NCBI GenBank assembly: GCA_016618085.1
Contig: JABLTG010000121.1
Location: 1 to 64,000, forward strand
Reading direction: 5' to 3'
DNA: 64,000 bases
Source: Neovahlkampfia damariscottae
Taxonomy: Eukaryota
Shown piece after piece: positions 11,377-22,656 of this stretch. Numbering within the stretch: position 1 is the stretch's first letter; every line of letters starts with the position of its first letter. Below the pieces are notes generated by a model that was given only the letters and a program-made list of their open reading frames with translations, was not told the origin of the DNA and did no database searches. Made by a program: the position numbers and the translations under genes.

Positions 11377-14115
11377 ATGAACATAGAAAACGAGAATAGT
11401 TTATTAATTTCAAATGATGAAATCAAAATAGATTCGTAAATTCTTTCACATTTAATTTAATTGTCAAGTTCAAATCTGTCACCTTTGCCATCATTAGGAA
11501 TGGTGGATGGTGTTTTTATTCCTGTTATGTTGAGTATATGGGGTGTTATATTATTTCTTAGACTCGGAGTGCTTGTTGGACAAGTAATACACACAAAAAA
11601 ATGAATTAATCTTTTAGGCAGGATTTTTGGGTGTTTGGGGTATTTTTTCATTTTCATACACTCTAACTACAATAACAATTATCACAATGAGTGCTATTGT
11701 CACAAATGGAAAAGTAAAAGGTGGTGGAGTTTATTACTTCATCTCGAGGTCTCTTGGTCCTGAGTTAGGAGGTTCTATTGGATTCATCTATACCATTGCT
11801 TTAATTACATTGACTGCTTTACATACTGTTGGTTTTGTTGAAGCTTTAGTGGGTGTCTTTCCAGCTGATTGGCCAGAATGGACAAGAGGTGCATGGATGA
11901 GATTTGGGTATGGAGCTTTTACACTTCTATGTTTGACAATCATTTGTTTATTCGGTGCAGAACTTTTTGCCAAAACCAGTTTTATGGTAAATGAATTTAT
12001 TTCGTTAATATTAGATTTTTTTGATGCTTGCTGTTTCATTGATAACAGTAGTAATTAGTTTATTATTTCAAACACCTGGAACAGAGCTTGGATTCACTGG
12101 ATTCAATTTAGAAACGTTCACGGAAAATATGGTAACCAAATGGCAGAAGGATTTTGACAATCCAACAGAAACCTTTTCACTTCAATATGCATTTGGTATT
12201 TTATTTCCTGCTTGCACTGGAATTATGGTTGGAGCAAATATGTCAGGAGATTTAAAAAAACCTGATCGAGATATTCCAACTGGTACCTTTCTTGCAAATT
12301 TAGTCACTTATGTTTCATACATTGGAATTGCTTTGATATTTGCATTCACTTGTAGAAAACAAACGTTGGTTGAAAATTCTACAATAATGATGAAAGTTGC
12401 TTTTGTGCCACATTTTATCACTATGGGTGTATTTTCAGCTGCATTATCAAGTGCACTTGGAACAATTGTTGGTTCAGCGAGAATTTTGCATGCTTTGGCA
12501 AAAGATGAGATTATTCCTTTGATTGGATTTTTCAAAGTTGGATCTGGTTCTAATGATGAACCAAGAAGAGCAATTATTTTTATCTTTCTTGCTTCAATGG
12601 TAGTTGTTGGAGTTGGTGAAATCAATTCAATAGCTCCAATTATCACAGTATTGATCACTTTGTGTTATGGATTTGTCAATTTTTCCTGCTTCTTTTTGTC
12701 AATCACTGGAGCTCCAAATTTTAGACCAACTTTTAAAATCTATACTTGGTATGTTGCCTTATTTGGAGGATGTATGTGTATTTTTTCAATGTTTTATGTT
12801 TCACCATTTTATGCATTACTTGCATTTTCAATTCAAATTATATTGATTGTGGTGATTTATTTTTATGCTCCAAAATTATCATGGGGAGATTTCAGTGAAG
12901 CGTTGGTTTATCATCAGGTCAGAAAATATCTCTTGAGATTGGAGTCAAAAAAACAACATATTAAGAATTGGAGATTACAAGTTTTACTTTTAGTTTCAAA
13001 TCCAAGGACATCACTAAGATTAATGGATTTTGTAAATTCAATGAAAAAAGGAGGTTTGTTTCTTGTTGGAAATGTTCAAGTTGGAACATATAGAGGATTA
13101 AGAGAAACTCTTTCAAATAATTATGATTCATTTTTACAATTATTCAATTTGATTAATATCAAAGCATTTCCAGATATAACGTTTGGTGAATCTGTACAAA
13201 ATGGAATCCAACATCTGGTTAATAATTCAGGGATTGGTGGAATGAAACCAAATACAGTGATTATTGGATTTTATGATATTGATGAAAAACCAAGACAAAA
13301 TGCAATTGTTGGATATTCAAATAAAACAACAGAACTGATTAAACAAAATTTAGAAGACTTCTCTGAAGTCAGGGATGAAGAAAATCCAAGTTTAAACACA
13401 GTTGAATATGTAGAAATATTGAAAGACATTCAACTTGCTAAAAAGCATCTTGTTATTGCTAGAAAGTTTGAGAAATATACTTTTTAACATTTCTAGTTTT
13501 TATCAATTGAACAAAACTGAGCAAAAGCCATCAACCATTTTGAAATATTTAGCCAATGATATTTTGAGACAAAAACAAAAACATATTGATATTTGGGTAT
13601 TTTCATTGGAAGAATGGGGAATTCAAGAATCTTATCAACATTTAATGTTTCAATTAGGATATCTTTTACATCAATCAAGTGATTATCAAAGATTTCATAA
13701 ACTTAGATTGTTAAGTGTTGTTGATGATCAAGAATCTAAATTTGATGAAGAAGAACGTTTAAAAGATATTTCACTGAAAGCAAGAATATCAGCAGAAGTT
13801 ATTGCTTTTTGTTTGAATGAAAGAAATGAAAATGAATTTATGAACTCATTATCTTTCAAACAAAAAAAGACAGATGCAAAATGTTTTTGTGGAAAAAAAG
13901 AAATCGAAAATATAAAGAAATATAAAATATTGAACGAAATTATTAAAAAAGCATCTCAAGAAACAAGTGTTTTGTTCTTGACTTTGCCTCCTTTACCGAA
14001 CACAATTGAAAGTAATGCTGATCAATATTTGAAAGAAATATCAATTTTGACTGATAAATTACCACCTTCTTTGTTGGTTCATGGAAATGAAAGTGTAATT
14101 AGTCTGGATTTTTAA
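11377..14115 (+). CDS. Cation-chloride cotransporter (SLC12A9/CIP1-like)
   Basis: GVFIPVMLSIWGVILFLRLG, GGGVYYFISRSLGPELGGSIG, FPACTGIMVGANMSGDLKKP, GAPNFRPTF, HQVRKYLLRL, GGMKPNT. Confidence 0.92.
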
Positions 14116-14173
14116 ATTTGAAATAAAATTTTTTGTCAATGTTGTGATTGGATAATTGTGTATTTTCAACCTG

Positions 14174-15795
14174 ATGCTTTGTGATGATATTTGGTCCATC
14201 ATAATATTGTACACAGATATGTACACAATCAATAAATTAATAAGAGTTTCAAAAAGAATGTTGGAATTAAACATTGATTACAGAGCTCAGTTTCTTTTCT
14301 ATTTTCAAAATAAACTGGAGAAATATCAACCAAGCAAAGAAAATTTAATTTCAATATTTCAAAAAAACAAATTAATGATGCCAATAATAATCAATGAAAT
14401 TGTCACAACACAACAAACATTGGTCAATTCAATTCATGATATTTCTGTTGATTTCTTTGAACCAATTCAAAAAAATAAAATCATAACCAATGAAGAATTC
14501 AATCAAATATATACTCCAACAATTGATGGAATGATAAAAATTCAACAAGAAATCTTGATTCTTTTTTCAAGAGATGAAAAAAGTTTGGATAATATTTTGA
14601 ACACATTTGATCTTATTGTAAGAAAATTTGAGTTTTTATTTTTATTCTTAGATTTCTTCACTTATCATTTTATATAAGAAATATATTCAAAATATGGAAT
14701 ATGAGACTGTTAGAGATAGACATACAGATTTGGTAAAGAAATATAAAAAATATGCTGATTTGACAATAAAATGTAAATATTCAGGAACTGTTGAATATTT
14801 GTTGGCATGTTTTAATGGAAGGTTACCAAGGTTTAATTTATTATTTCGTGAATTCGTTTCACATTGCACTGATCCAAGGAAAAGAATAGAAATTGAAAAA
14901 ATAAGACAAAAATTTGAATTTCTGTAAGATTTGAGAAGTGATTCAAACAATGAAAGCAGTGAAAATAATGAAAGAAAAACCGAAATAAATTTTATCCAAT
15001 CAATGATGAGCCAACAAGCAAGTGAAGCACCAACAGGAGGTCCAAGTGGTGGTCCTCCTTCTGCTCCTACTGGAGTACCAAGAATACCTCGTGGAAGAAG
15101 AGAAAGAAAACCACCTCCACCTTTAAAATTATTTGAATTGAATTCACACACTTCAAAAGTTACTGTGGAAATGATAGAAAAATTTCTTGTTGAGAAAGAA
15201 AAACCAAGAGAACCAAAAAGAAAACGTTTTATGTATTCAGGTTCATCCAGTACAACAACAGTTTCTTCAGAAAATACTTCAACTTTTCCAGGTGGAGAAA
15301 ATCAATTGGAGAAAATTTCAAAATTAATGGGGGACTTAGTTAATGAAATGAAAGATGAAAATTGTGTTGAAATGCCAAAAAATATCTATTCTTTACTGTT
15401 TAGTGAACTTTATCAAATAAAGAAACATTGTCCATTACATCAAAATTCAATTGAGAAATTAGAAATAGAAATTGAAAAACATCTTGATTCATTTTTCAAA
15501 AAGTAAAAAAAAATCAAAAATTAATTTCAAAAAAGACGTTCTGAAAATATTTCAAAATCAGAAAATAAAAAAGAATCTTTGAGTGTGACCTTTAAAATGT
15601 ATACAAATTTATTAAAGTGGTTTGAAAAAATGTTGGTATGGATTTAAAAAAAAAAATTAAAAATAATAGAAAAAATATGATGTGAATTGTGAAGAAACGT
15701 TTCAAAGAAGTTTTGGAAATGAATTCTTTTCAAAAATTGATATTTCAATATTTCAAGATGATGAAACAATTGAATTTATTAAAAAATATCTTTGA
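14174..15795 (+). CDS. F-box-like + divergent RhoGEF (DH)-like domain protein
   Basis: LCDDIWSIIILYTDMYTINKLIRVSK (F-box-like); IINEIVTTQQTLVNSI...FFEPIQ..IITNEEFNQIY and RLPRFNLLFREF resemble DH conserved regions; four short introns give one frame. Confidence 0.55.
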
Positions 15796-15821
15796 GAAAT
15801 AAAAGTGTGTTATTCTATTGA

Positions 15822-16497
15822 TCAACAACAACTACCATCACCACTTTGGTTCAAATCATCTTTTCTATTTTTAGATACATCATTGATTGAAATAGATTTA
15901 GAAATGGGTCTATTTTCAAAATCATTTTGACGATAAAATTTATAAAAAGTTTGAACTGTTTTTTCAAATGCTTCATTCACTGATTTTCCAGTTTTTGCTG
16001 AAACTTCAAAATGAAGTAGGTTATTTTCTTCAATGAACTCTTCAATTTCTTTTTGAGGAATACATCTACTTTCTCCTGCTTCAATTAAATCCAGTTTATT
16101 TCCAATCAAACTAATAACTGCATCACGACACTCCATTTGAATATTTTTGACCCATTTTTGAGTAGTTTTAAAACTGTCATAATCAGTTATATCATAGACA
16201 ATAAGAGCACAATTTGAATCTCTGTAATACATTGGAGTCAAAGATCTAAATTTTATAAATTATTTTTTTTGTTTACTTGTATCTTTCTTGACCTGCAGTA
16301 TCCCAAATTTGTAATCTTATCAGAACATTATTTTCAATTTGAATATTTTTTTCGAAATAAGATGCTCCTTGAGTTGATTGTTGAAACTCTTCATACATGT
16401 TTTTGTGATATCTAAGTACACAAGAGGTTTTTCCAACTGCTGTTTTTCCAAGGAGTACTAATTTACAAGCTATTTTTTCATTTGAATCTTTTGACAT
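15822..16497 (-). CDS. Rab family GTPase (Rab5/21/22-like)
   Basis: GKTAVGKT, STQGASY, IWDTAGQERY, PMYYR, GNKLDL, EVSAKTG, C-terminal CC; one intron. Confidence 0.92.
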
Positions 16498-16561
16498 TGT
16501 CGGTTGTTATTAACTTCAAGTAGTTATTTGACCAATGAAAAAAAGGGAAAAATGAAAAATT

Positions 16562-17703
16562 TTAATCACAACAACAACTTCCATTTTCATCAATACAACA
16601 AAAACAAAATGATCTACAACAATTTGAAGCTGGTTCTTTTGATATTTTCCAAATAGAATGTTTTTCAGAGTTTCCTCCTGAATAAAAATCTTTCCAATTA
16701 TTAATAACTCCATCATCAAATTTCGCAGAATTTCTTGGTACACCATCAAAATAATCACATTTTTTTGGCCTGTCAATTTCATATGAAGTTTGATTGGTTG
16801 AAATTAAAAAGATATTATAAGACATCATAATCAAAGGTAACCACATAATAAAAAAAGCAATAAAACCTCCAATGGCAATACATACAGCTTTAAATACTAA
16901 CCAAAGATTTTCAGAATTTTCAATTAAAAGTTTTGGATTTCGAGCTGCAGAGTTTTCTGCGAATTGTATTTTAGACATTTTCAAATAAATATTATATTCT
17001 CCGTTAATGGCTAATAAAACAACTATTGAAATTAAAATAACTTGAAATAATAAAAATCTCATAAATTGATAATGATTTTTTTCACCAACACCTTTTTTTC
17101 ATTAAAACTATTTTTAGAATTTACATCTACCAATCCAAAAACAATGATGATCAAATTTTGAAATATAATTTTCACACCTTTTGCAATATTTACTTCTCAT
17201 TGGGATCTTAATTGTGCTTGATACATTTTCTTCTGTTTTTTTTGATTTTCTATAACTTTCAACTGATGGAATATCCGGAAAACTATTTGGGTCTAAATTT
17301 TCAAAAATTAAATCATTTTTTGATATGAATCCTGGATTTGATGTTCTCAAAGATTCAAATGTAAAAAAACTATAAAAAAATAAAATTAAAAATAAAATCA
17401 TTGGTATTTTGTTTCCATCATTCCATTGGTTGTATAAAATATTTTCGTTAACCAAAACCATAAAAATTAAGATAAAATATAAGAAATAAACTAATAATTT
17501 CCTTTTGATAGATTAAATTTTCTTTTTCATACATCCTTTTTAATTTTAGTTACTTTTTATTTTTTGACAAACCAATAACCTTCAACCTCTGATTCAATTT
17601 TTGGTGTTCTTTTTTTATATGGTTGAGGTCCTGTGTCATCTGAATAACAATCTTCACAGTAGTAAGTACATGCTTTACAAATGTTCATGGTTCCTTGTTC
17701 CAT
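16562..17703 (-). CDS. DHHC palmitoyltransferase
   Basis: PMRSKYCKRCENYISKFDHHCFWIGRC|VGEKNH, NQTSYE, FDDGVINNW; Cys-rich termini. Confidence 0.92.
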
Positions 17704-17759
17704 TTGTTAAAAGAAGTTGACCAATCAACAAACTCTATTTTTTCAACAACAAAAACAAC
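17704..17759. promoter_or_regulatory. 56-nt bidirectional promoter with a single CCAAT box
   Basis: Divergent ATGs at 17703 (-) and 17760 (+); GAAGTTGACCAATCA at 17713-17727, also found identically at 63085-63099. Confidence 0.6.
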
Positions 17760-18044
17760 ATGACAACGAATATTTTCAAAATTTTAACAGAAAAAGAATG
17801 GAAAGACTTTGAAGACAAAAAAGAATTTATTGGTTCAGATTTTGATTTGAATGATGGATTTATTCATTGTTCTTATGAAAATCAAGTTCAACCAACTTTA
17901 GATTTATTCTTTAAAGAAGCAACAAATCTTATTTTAGCTGAAATTGATCCAACAAATTTAAATGTCAAAGTAGAAAATGGATTTCCTCATGTTTACGAAA
18001 AAATTTCAATCACAAAAGTTGTCAGTACAAAAAAAATAAAATAA
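17760..18044 (+). CDS. DUF952 family protein
   Basis: IFKILTEKEW...GSDFDLNDGFIHCS..QV..TL..FF...LILAEID...FPHVY; intronless, 94 aa. Confidence 0.85.
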   Translation: MTTNIFKILTEKEWKDFEDKKEFIGSDFDLNDGFIHCSYENQVQPTLDLFFKEATNLILAEIDPTNLNVKVENGFPHVYEKISITKVVSTKKIK

Positions 18045-18048
18045 AATT

Positions 18049-19816
18049 TTAATGACCTCCTTGATTTCCAAATCTTTTAAGAATTTCGGCGTTATGAGGA
18101 TTCACGTCACCTACCCAATCAGGATGTTTTTCCATTAAAAACTTCCAGATAAATTCGGAAAACATTTTTTGACCTTCATGACTTGGATGAAATCCATCAA
18201 CAGGTTCAATTAATTCATGAGGTGACATTCCTCTTCTAGCTGCTTCTTCAAGAGCTTCTTTTAATGGGAATGGAACATAAGCGACTTGAATATTTTCATA
18301 AGAAAGTCCTCTTTCTGCGATATGAGTTTCAGCAACTTTTGAAAGAACAGCTGCTCTTTCTGAAGTTAATTCTCTTCTTGTGTCATTTGAAGTTAACCAA
18401 GTTTTACCTTATCACGAAAAATCAAAAAAAAAAAAAAAATTGCACTTACATGGATTTGCATCAGAACAATCAAGGAAATCATAAACGTTTGAGTAACTAA
18501 CCCCTAAAGGATGTCTTCTATGTCCCATTTCTTTAAAAAGAATTCTTCCATCAACTAAACCAGTAACAATAACTTTACTTCCTTTTGGTGAAATGGAATC
18601 TAATTTTGAAAGTCCATTGACAAGTTGTTTCAAGTAGTCTTCTGGTTTTGTCATATCTTCAAGTCTTCTTTTACAAACATCGTTACCAATATAACTAACA
18701 AATGCAAGATATGGTTTACTTTCTTTTGAAATTGAAGTTCCTTGAATTTGACCAAGTAAATGTCTCATTTGTCCACCATTGAAACCTACATTTTGATATT
18801 GACGATGATTACATAAATTTCTACTTCTCATAAAAAGATAAATGCTTCTTCCAAGCATAGAAGGTTCATAACCTGTTGCCCAACTGTTTTGAGGCCAGTC
18901 AAATTCATTTTGAAGAGCAGGAATAACGTTTGACATATTTCTGAAGAACAACCAATCTGGAACAATACTTGGTACAAAATTAAAAAAAAATAAAAAAAAA
19001 CAAACTGAAATGCTGAAGTACCTGAATCACCGAATACAATAACTTGTTTAGCGTTTGAGTTTTTACAGTATAAATCTTCAAAAGTTGCTCCATTTTCATT
19101 TTTCCCAGAAACACCATTACAATCTAAATCTTCTCCATTTGATGAGTTATCAACTCTACCTGGTCTAACATTTGGATTTTTATCATCACAATCTCTTCCT
19201 CTCCAATATGAACCTCTTGATAGTCTTTCATTTGGAGCAAAAAAATCTTTATCTGCATCCAAAGTTGGTAAAATTCTTGAATTTTGAATATCAACCAAAA
19301 ATGGTGGGAATTGAATATGACCATACTTTTTATCGCCTTGTTGAGCTAGAAATTTAAATTTGTGTTCTCTTTTTCCAGATAAAGAGCAACCATTACATCT
19401 ATAAGAAAAAAAATGTTAACAGAGTTATATTTTTTTGAACCTGAAAACAGATAAACTGTTACATATCTTTGATGGTGAGTCACCTCTTAAGATAGCGTCA
19501 ATTAAAATATCACCCAATGTTCTGACAACAACAGTGCACTTTAAAACATCGAGGTGAGTTTGAAATAGTTTTTTTTTACTGTTTTTCTATAACCACCTTC
19601 TGGAAATAGTTCACAAATTTTAGCAAGAGCTTTCTTTAAAGCTTCTCTTTCTCTAGCAACTCCATGAATCAAACCATGAGATAAAATGACACAAACAGTG
19701 CAAGTAAAATCAAGTACAACCAAAGGTTCTTTCTTTTCAACTTTTTCAGCTGTTATATTTGTGGTAAATAAAACCAAAACTAAGAAACAAAAAAAAACTG
19801 TTTTTTTCCAAACCAT
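18049..19816 (-). CDS. AOAH: Acyloxyacyl hydrolase (saposin + SGNH lipase)
   Basis: Signal peptide, saposin CTVC...C; DADKDFF...RGSYWRGRDCDD, DCNGVSG, VFGDSG (catalytic Ser), NEFDWPQ, CNHRQYQN, GNDVC, IEPVDGFHPS, FGNQGGH*. Confidence 0.92.
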
Positions 19817-19894
19817 GAAGAATTTTGATTGAATAAAATTTTGGAAGTATCTTCTAAAAGTTAAAACGAAAAAAATTATTAATAAAAATTATAT

Positions 19895-21822
19895 TTAACA
19901 TCCACATTCTTTTTTAGTTCCATAAAAGAGTTTAGTAAGAAGACGATGCCATTTTGCTCTATTTCTATTGTTTAAAACTTCTTGTTTGAAGTATTGTCCA
20001 ACTTTATTTTGAACTTGTTTTTCTTCTTTATGAATTTTCATGACAAAAGCGTTAATATAGTTTGTGACTCGAAGAGCATATCTTGTTACAACTGAAACTT
20101 TTTCAGTTTGAACTTTTAATTCTTTAACAAGGTCAGCATAGTTTCCTGAACTCAAGAGTGAACTTTTACTTACACTCATAAGATGTTTCATTCTTGAAAT
20201 GTAATTTTCAATTTTTCTAATTGTTTGAATTTTTAAATTAGCTCCAAATTTCATTTCCTTTGCTACTTTATGACCAACTAATTTTGAAAGTGCTCCATAA
20301 CTTTTGATAGCAGGTGAGAATTTTCTTGCAACAAGTCTTTGTAATGCTCTTAATTCTTTGACAATTTTTTTTTCCATTTTTTTAAATCTTCTTGAAGTTT
20401 TAATATTCACATATTTTTTTCTTCCAGCATTGAAGTGATTAATTATACGATCAAAATTTCCACCCAATTGGATTTGAGTATTGAGTGTTTGAAGAATATG
20501 TTTGATTTGAGCAATTTCTCTTGGATTTTTTGCTTTAATAAGTTTACGTTGGTATTTTATAACTTTCTTTTTCAAAACATTAAGGTAGTCAAATTTTTTT
20601 TTGTCTGTTTTGTCTTTTCCAAATTTTCTACGGATTTTGTTTTTGATACGATCCATTTTTCTTTTCAGTAGTTCTTCTCTTCTTTTTGTAAAATCATGAA
20701 GTTTTTTTATTTCTTTGAAAAATGTCGTCAATTCTCTTGGGATGATAGTGAGTCTACTTTCTATACTTTTCATCAATGTAACAATTTCTTTGACACTTTG
20801 TGAATATGAATAAGCTGTAGCTATGATTTGTTTATAATCTTTTTTGAGAGTGAAAAGTGATAAATGGTCTTGTGAACTGCTTACTTTTGCAATTTCAGAA
20901 TCAAAATTGAATAAATCTTCAATTGAACAGAATGATTGGGTACCATCTTTGATTTGTTGTTTGAAATAAGCATAAAGTTTACTTCTAACGGAGTGACTTA
21001 TTCCTAATGCATCAACAGCACCAATTGGATATTTTTGCAATTGTGGTGAATTCGCAACATCACCATATTTAGCTCTTAATCTAGTGGCTACAGCTTTGAT
21101 TTTAACAAGTCTACTTTGCATTAAGTTCGCTTTAATAAATGAAGCATCTTGTTTCATGAATTCAAGTAGTTGTGTATGAAATTGTGAACTAAAAAACATA
21201 TGAGAATGAGGTATATTTAACTTACACTTTAAAATTTCTTTTATAACTTTGTTTACGGAAAAATGAATCATAACCTTTAAAATAGAAAAATAAATTCCAA
21301 AGTAAAGGACCTGTTGCTGAACCGAATACATGTTTATTTGCATTGGATAAAAGAATAATTAAATTGTTTGTTGTGATTTTATCACTCTTTGCTTCTGGTG
21401 GAACCACTAATGGTTTAATTCCTCGAAGAAGAGCTTTGAATTGTTTATCAGTTTCTTTTCCAAATTTGTAGCTGAAAGCGTCACCGTACTCCAATTCACA
21501 AACAGTTTTCCAAATGTTTTGGTAAAGATTATTTTTCACAAAATGAGACATATCCAAGTAAGCTTTTCCTTGATTTTTTCCAAGTGGACAAATCTTGCTA
21601 CATTTTGCTTCACAAATTTTTCCTAAAGTTTAGTGAAGAAATGTATGAATTACCGTTGCAATGAGTTAGTTGACGGACATGATCTTCGAATAAACCATCT
21701 GTTTCAACGCCTAATTCTGCGTATTCGAGAGCAGTTACCTCTCCATTAATACAACTTACACCTCCAGCAAGAGCGAAATAAAGTTGAAGAGAAATGAGGA
21801 AAACAAACAACAAGTTTTTCAT
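19895..21822 (-). CDS. Hypothetical secreted protein with Cys-containing N-terminus and long basic coiled-coil (~620 aa)
   Basis: Signal peptide MKNLLFVFLISLQLYFALA; two GT-AG introns join ORFs 21610-21822, 21222-21557 and 19895-21343; ends KKECGC. Confidence 0.7.
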
Positions 21823-22007
21823 GACTTAACAAATTGACCAATAAAAGAGAATCATGAGAAGAAATAACCAATCAATGAGAAACAAATATTCATTGGATTG
21901 AAAAATTCCGACGGTCAGCAGACATTCTTTGGCTATCTGTACCATCAACATTCATTTTGGTTATCATGATAAATTTTGAAACAGTCAGATACAAAAGTTT
22001 CCAAGTT

Positions 22008-22150
22008 TTATTCAATTTTTGGAATTTCTTCTTGAATTCCAATTAAATCATGTTTTATTTCATTTACAGCTTCTCTCTTTGCTTCTGCTTCTAATTTTTT
22101 CTTTTCAGAGGAAATTACAACATGTTTTGATTTTCTGACACATGCACTTT
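22008..22150 (-). pseudogene. Frameshifted partial duplicate of the adjacent gene's 3' end
   Basis: HVSENQ/HVVISSEKKKLEAEAKREAVNEIKHDLIGIQEEIPKIE* versus HSSENQKWVVISDEKNKLAHEIQRLAQIQMAASLIGIQAEIPKIGK*; no in-frame ATG. Confidence 0.55.
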
Positions 22151-22242
22151 TTCGACATCAAAAAACCATGGTCTAAAAAATTACCCAAATAAAATAAAAA
22201 GTTTTTGAATTTAAAAATAAGTTCAATTTTATACACAAAATT

Positions 22243-22539
22243 TTATTTTCCGATTTTTGGAATTTCTGCTTGAATTCCAATTAAACTGGCAGCCATTTGG
22301 ATTTGAGCTAATCTTTGAATTTCATGAGCCAGTTTATTCTTTTCATCAGAAATGACAACCCATTTTTGATTTTCTGAACTATGAATTTGTTGATTATTTT
22401 TCGCAACAGTTTTCAATTTTTGTGATTCTGAAAGATTAAATGATGAATATTCCTTACGTTTTTGGTATTTTGACTTTGAATTGTATTTTCCTGATTGTTT
22501 GTAAACGATACTTTGATGGCGATGTGATGGTGGATTCAT
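22243..22539 (-). CDS. Small basic hypothetical protein
   Basis: Open frame; CCAAT boxes directly upstream of the ATG at 22539 (alternative start 22566); a paralogous fragment next door supports coding status. Confidence 0.55.
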   Translation of the reverse strand: MNPPSHRHQSIVYKQSGKYNSKSKYQKRKEYSSFNLSESQKLKTVAKNNQQIHSSENQKWVVISDEKNKLAHEIQRLAQIQMAASLIGIQAEIPKIGK

Positions 22540-22656
22540 TTTGTTTAGTGATTGGAGTAATTCCATGATTGGTTAAATAACCAGGTGATTCAAAATTGAA
22601 ATTGAAATTTCCAAAAATGGAAAATTTGTTGTCAAAATTCCGTGGTGATTTGAACT

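Noticed and set aside
21900..22000. Slightly GC-richer intergenic stretch as a possible ncRNA or micro-ORF
   Set aside because: No snRNA signature or convincing stem seen; only a ~21-codon ORF
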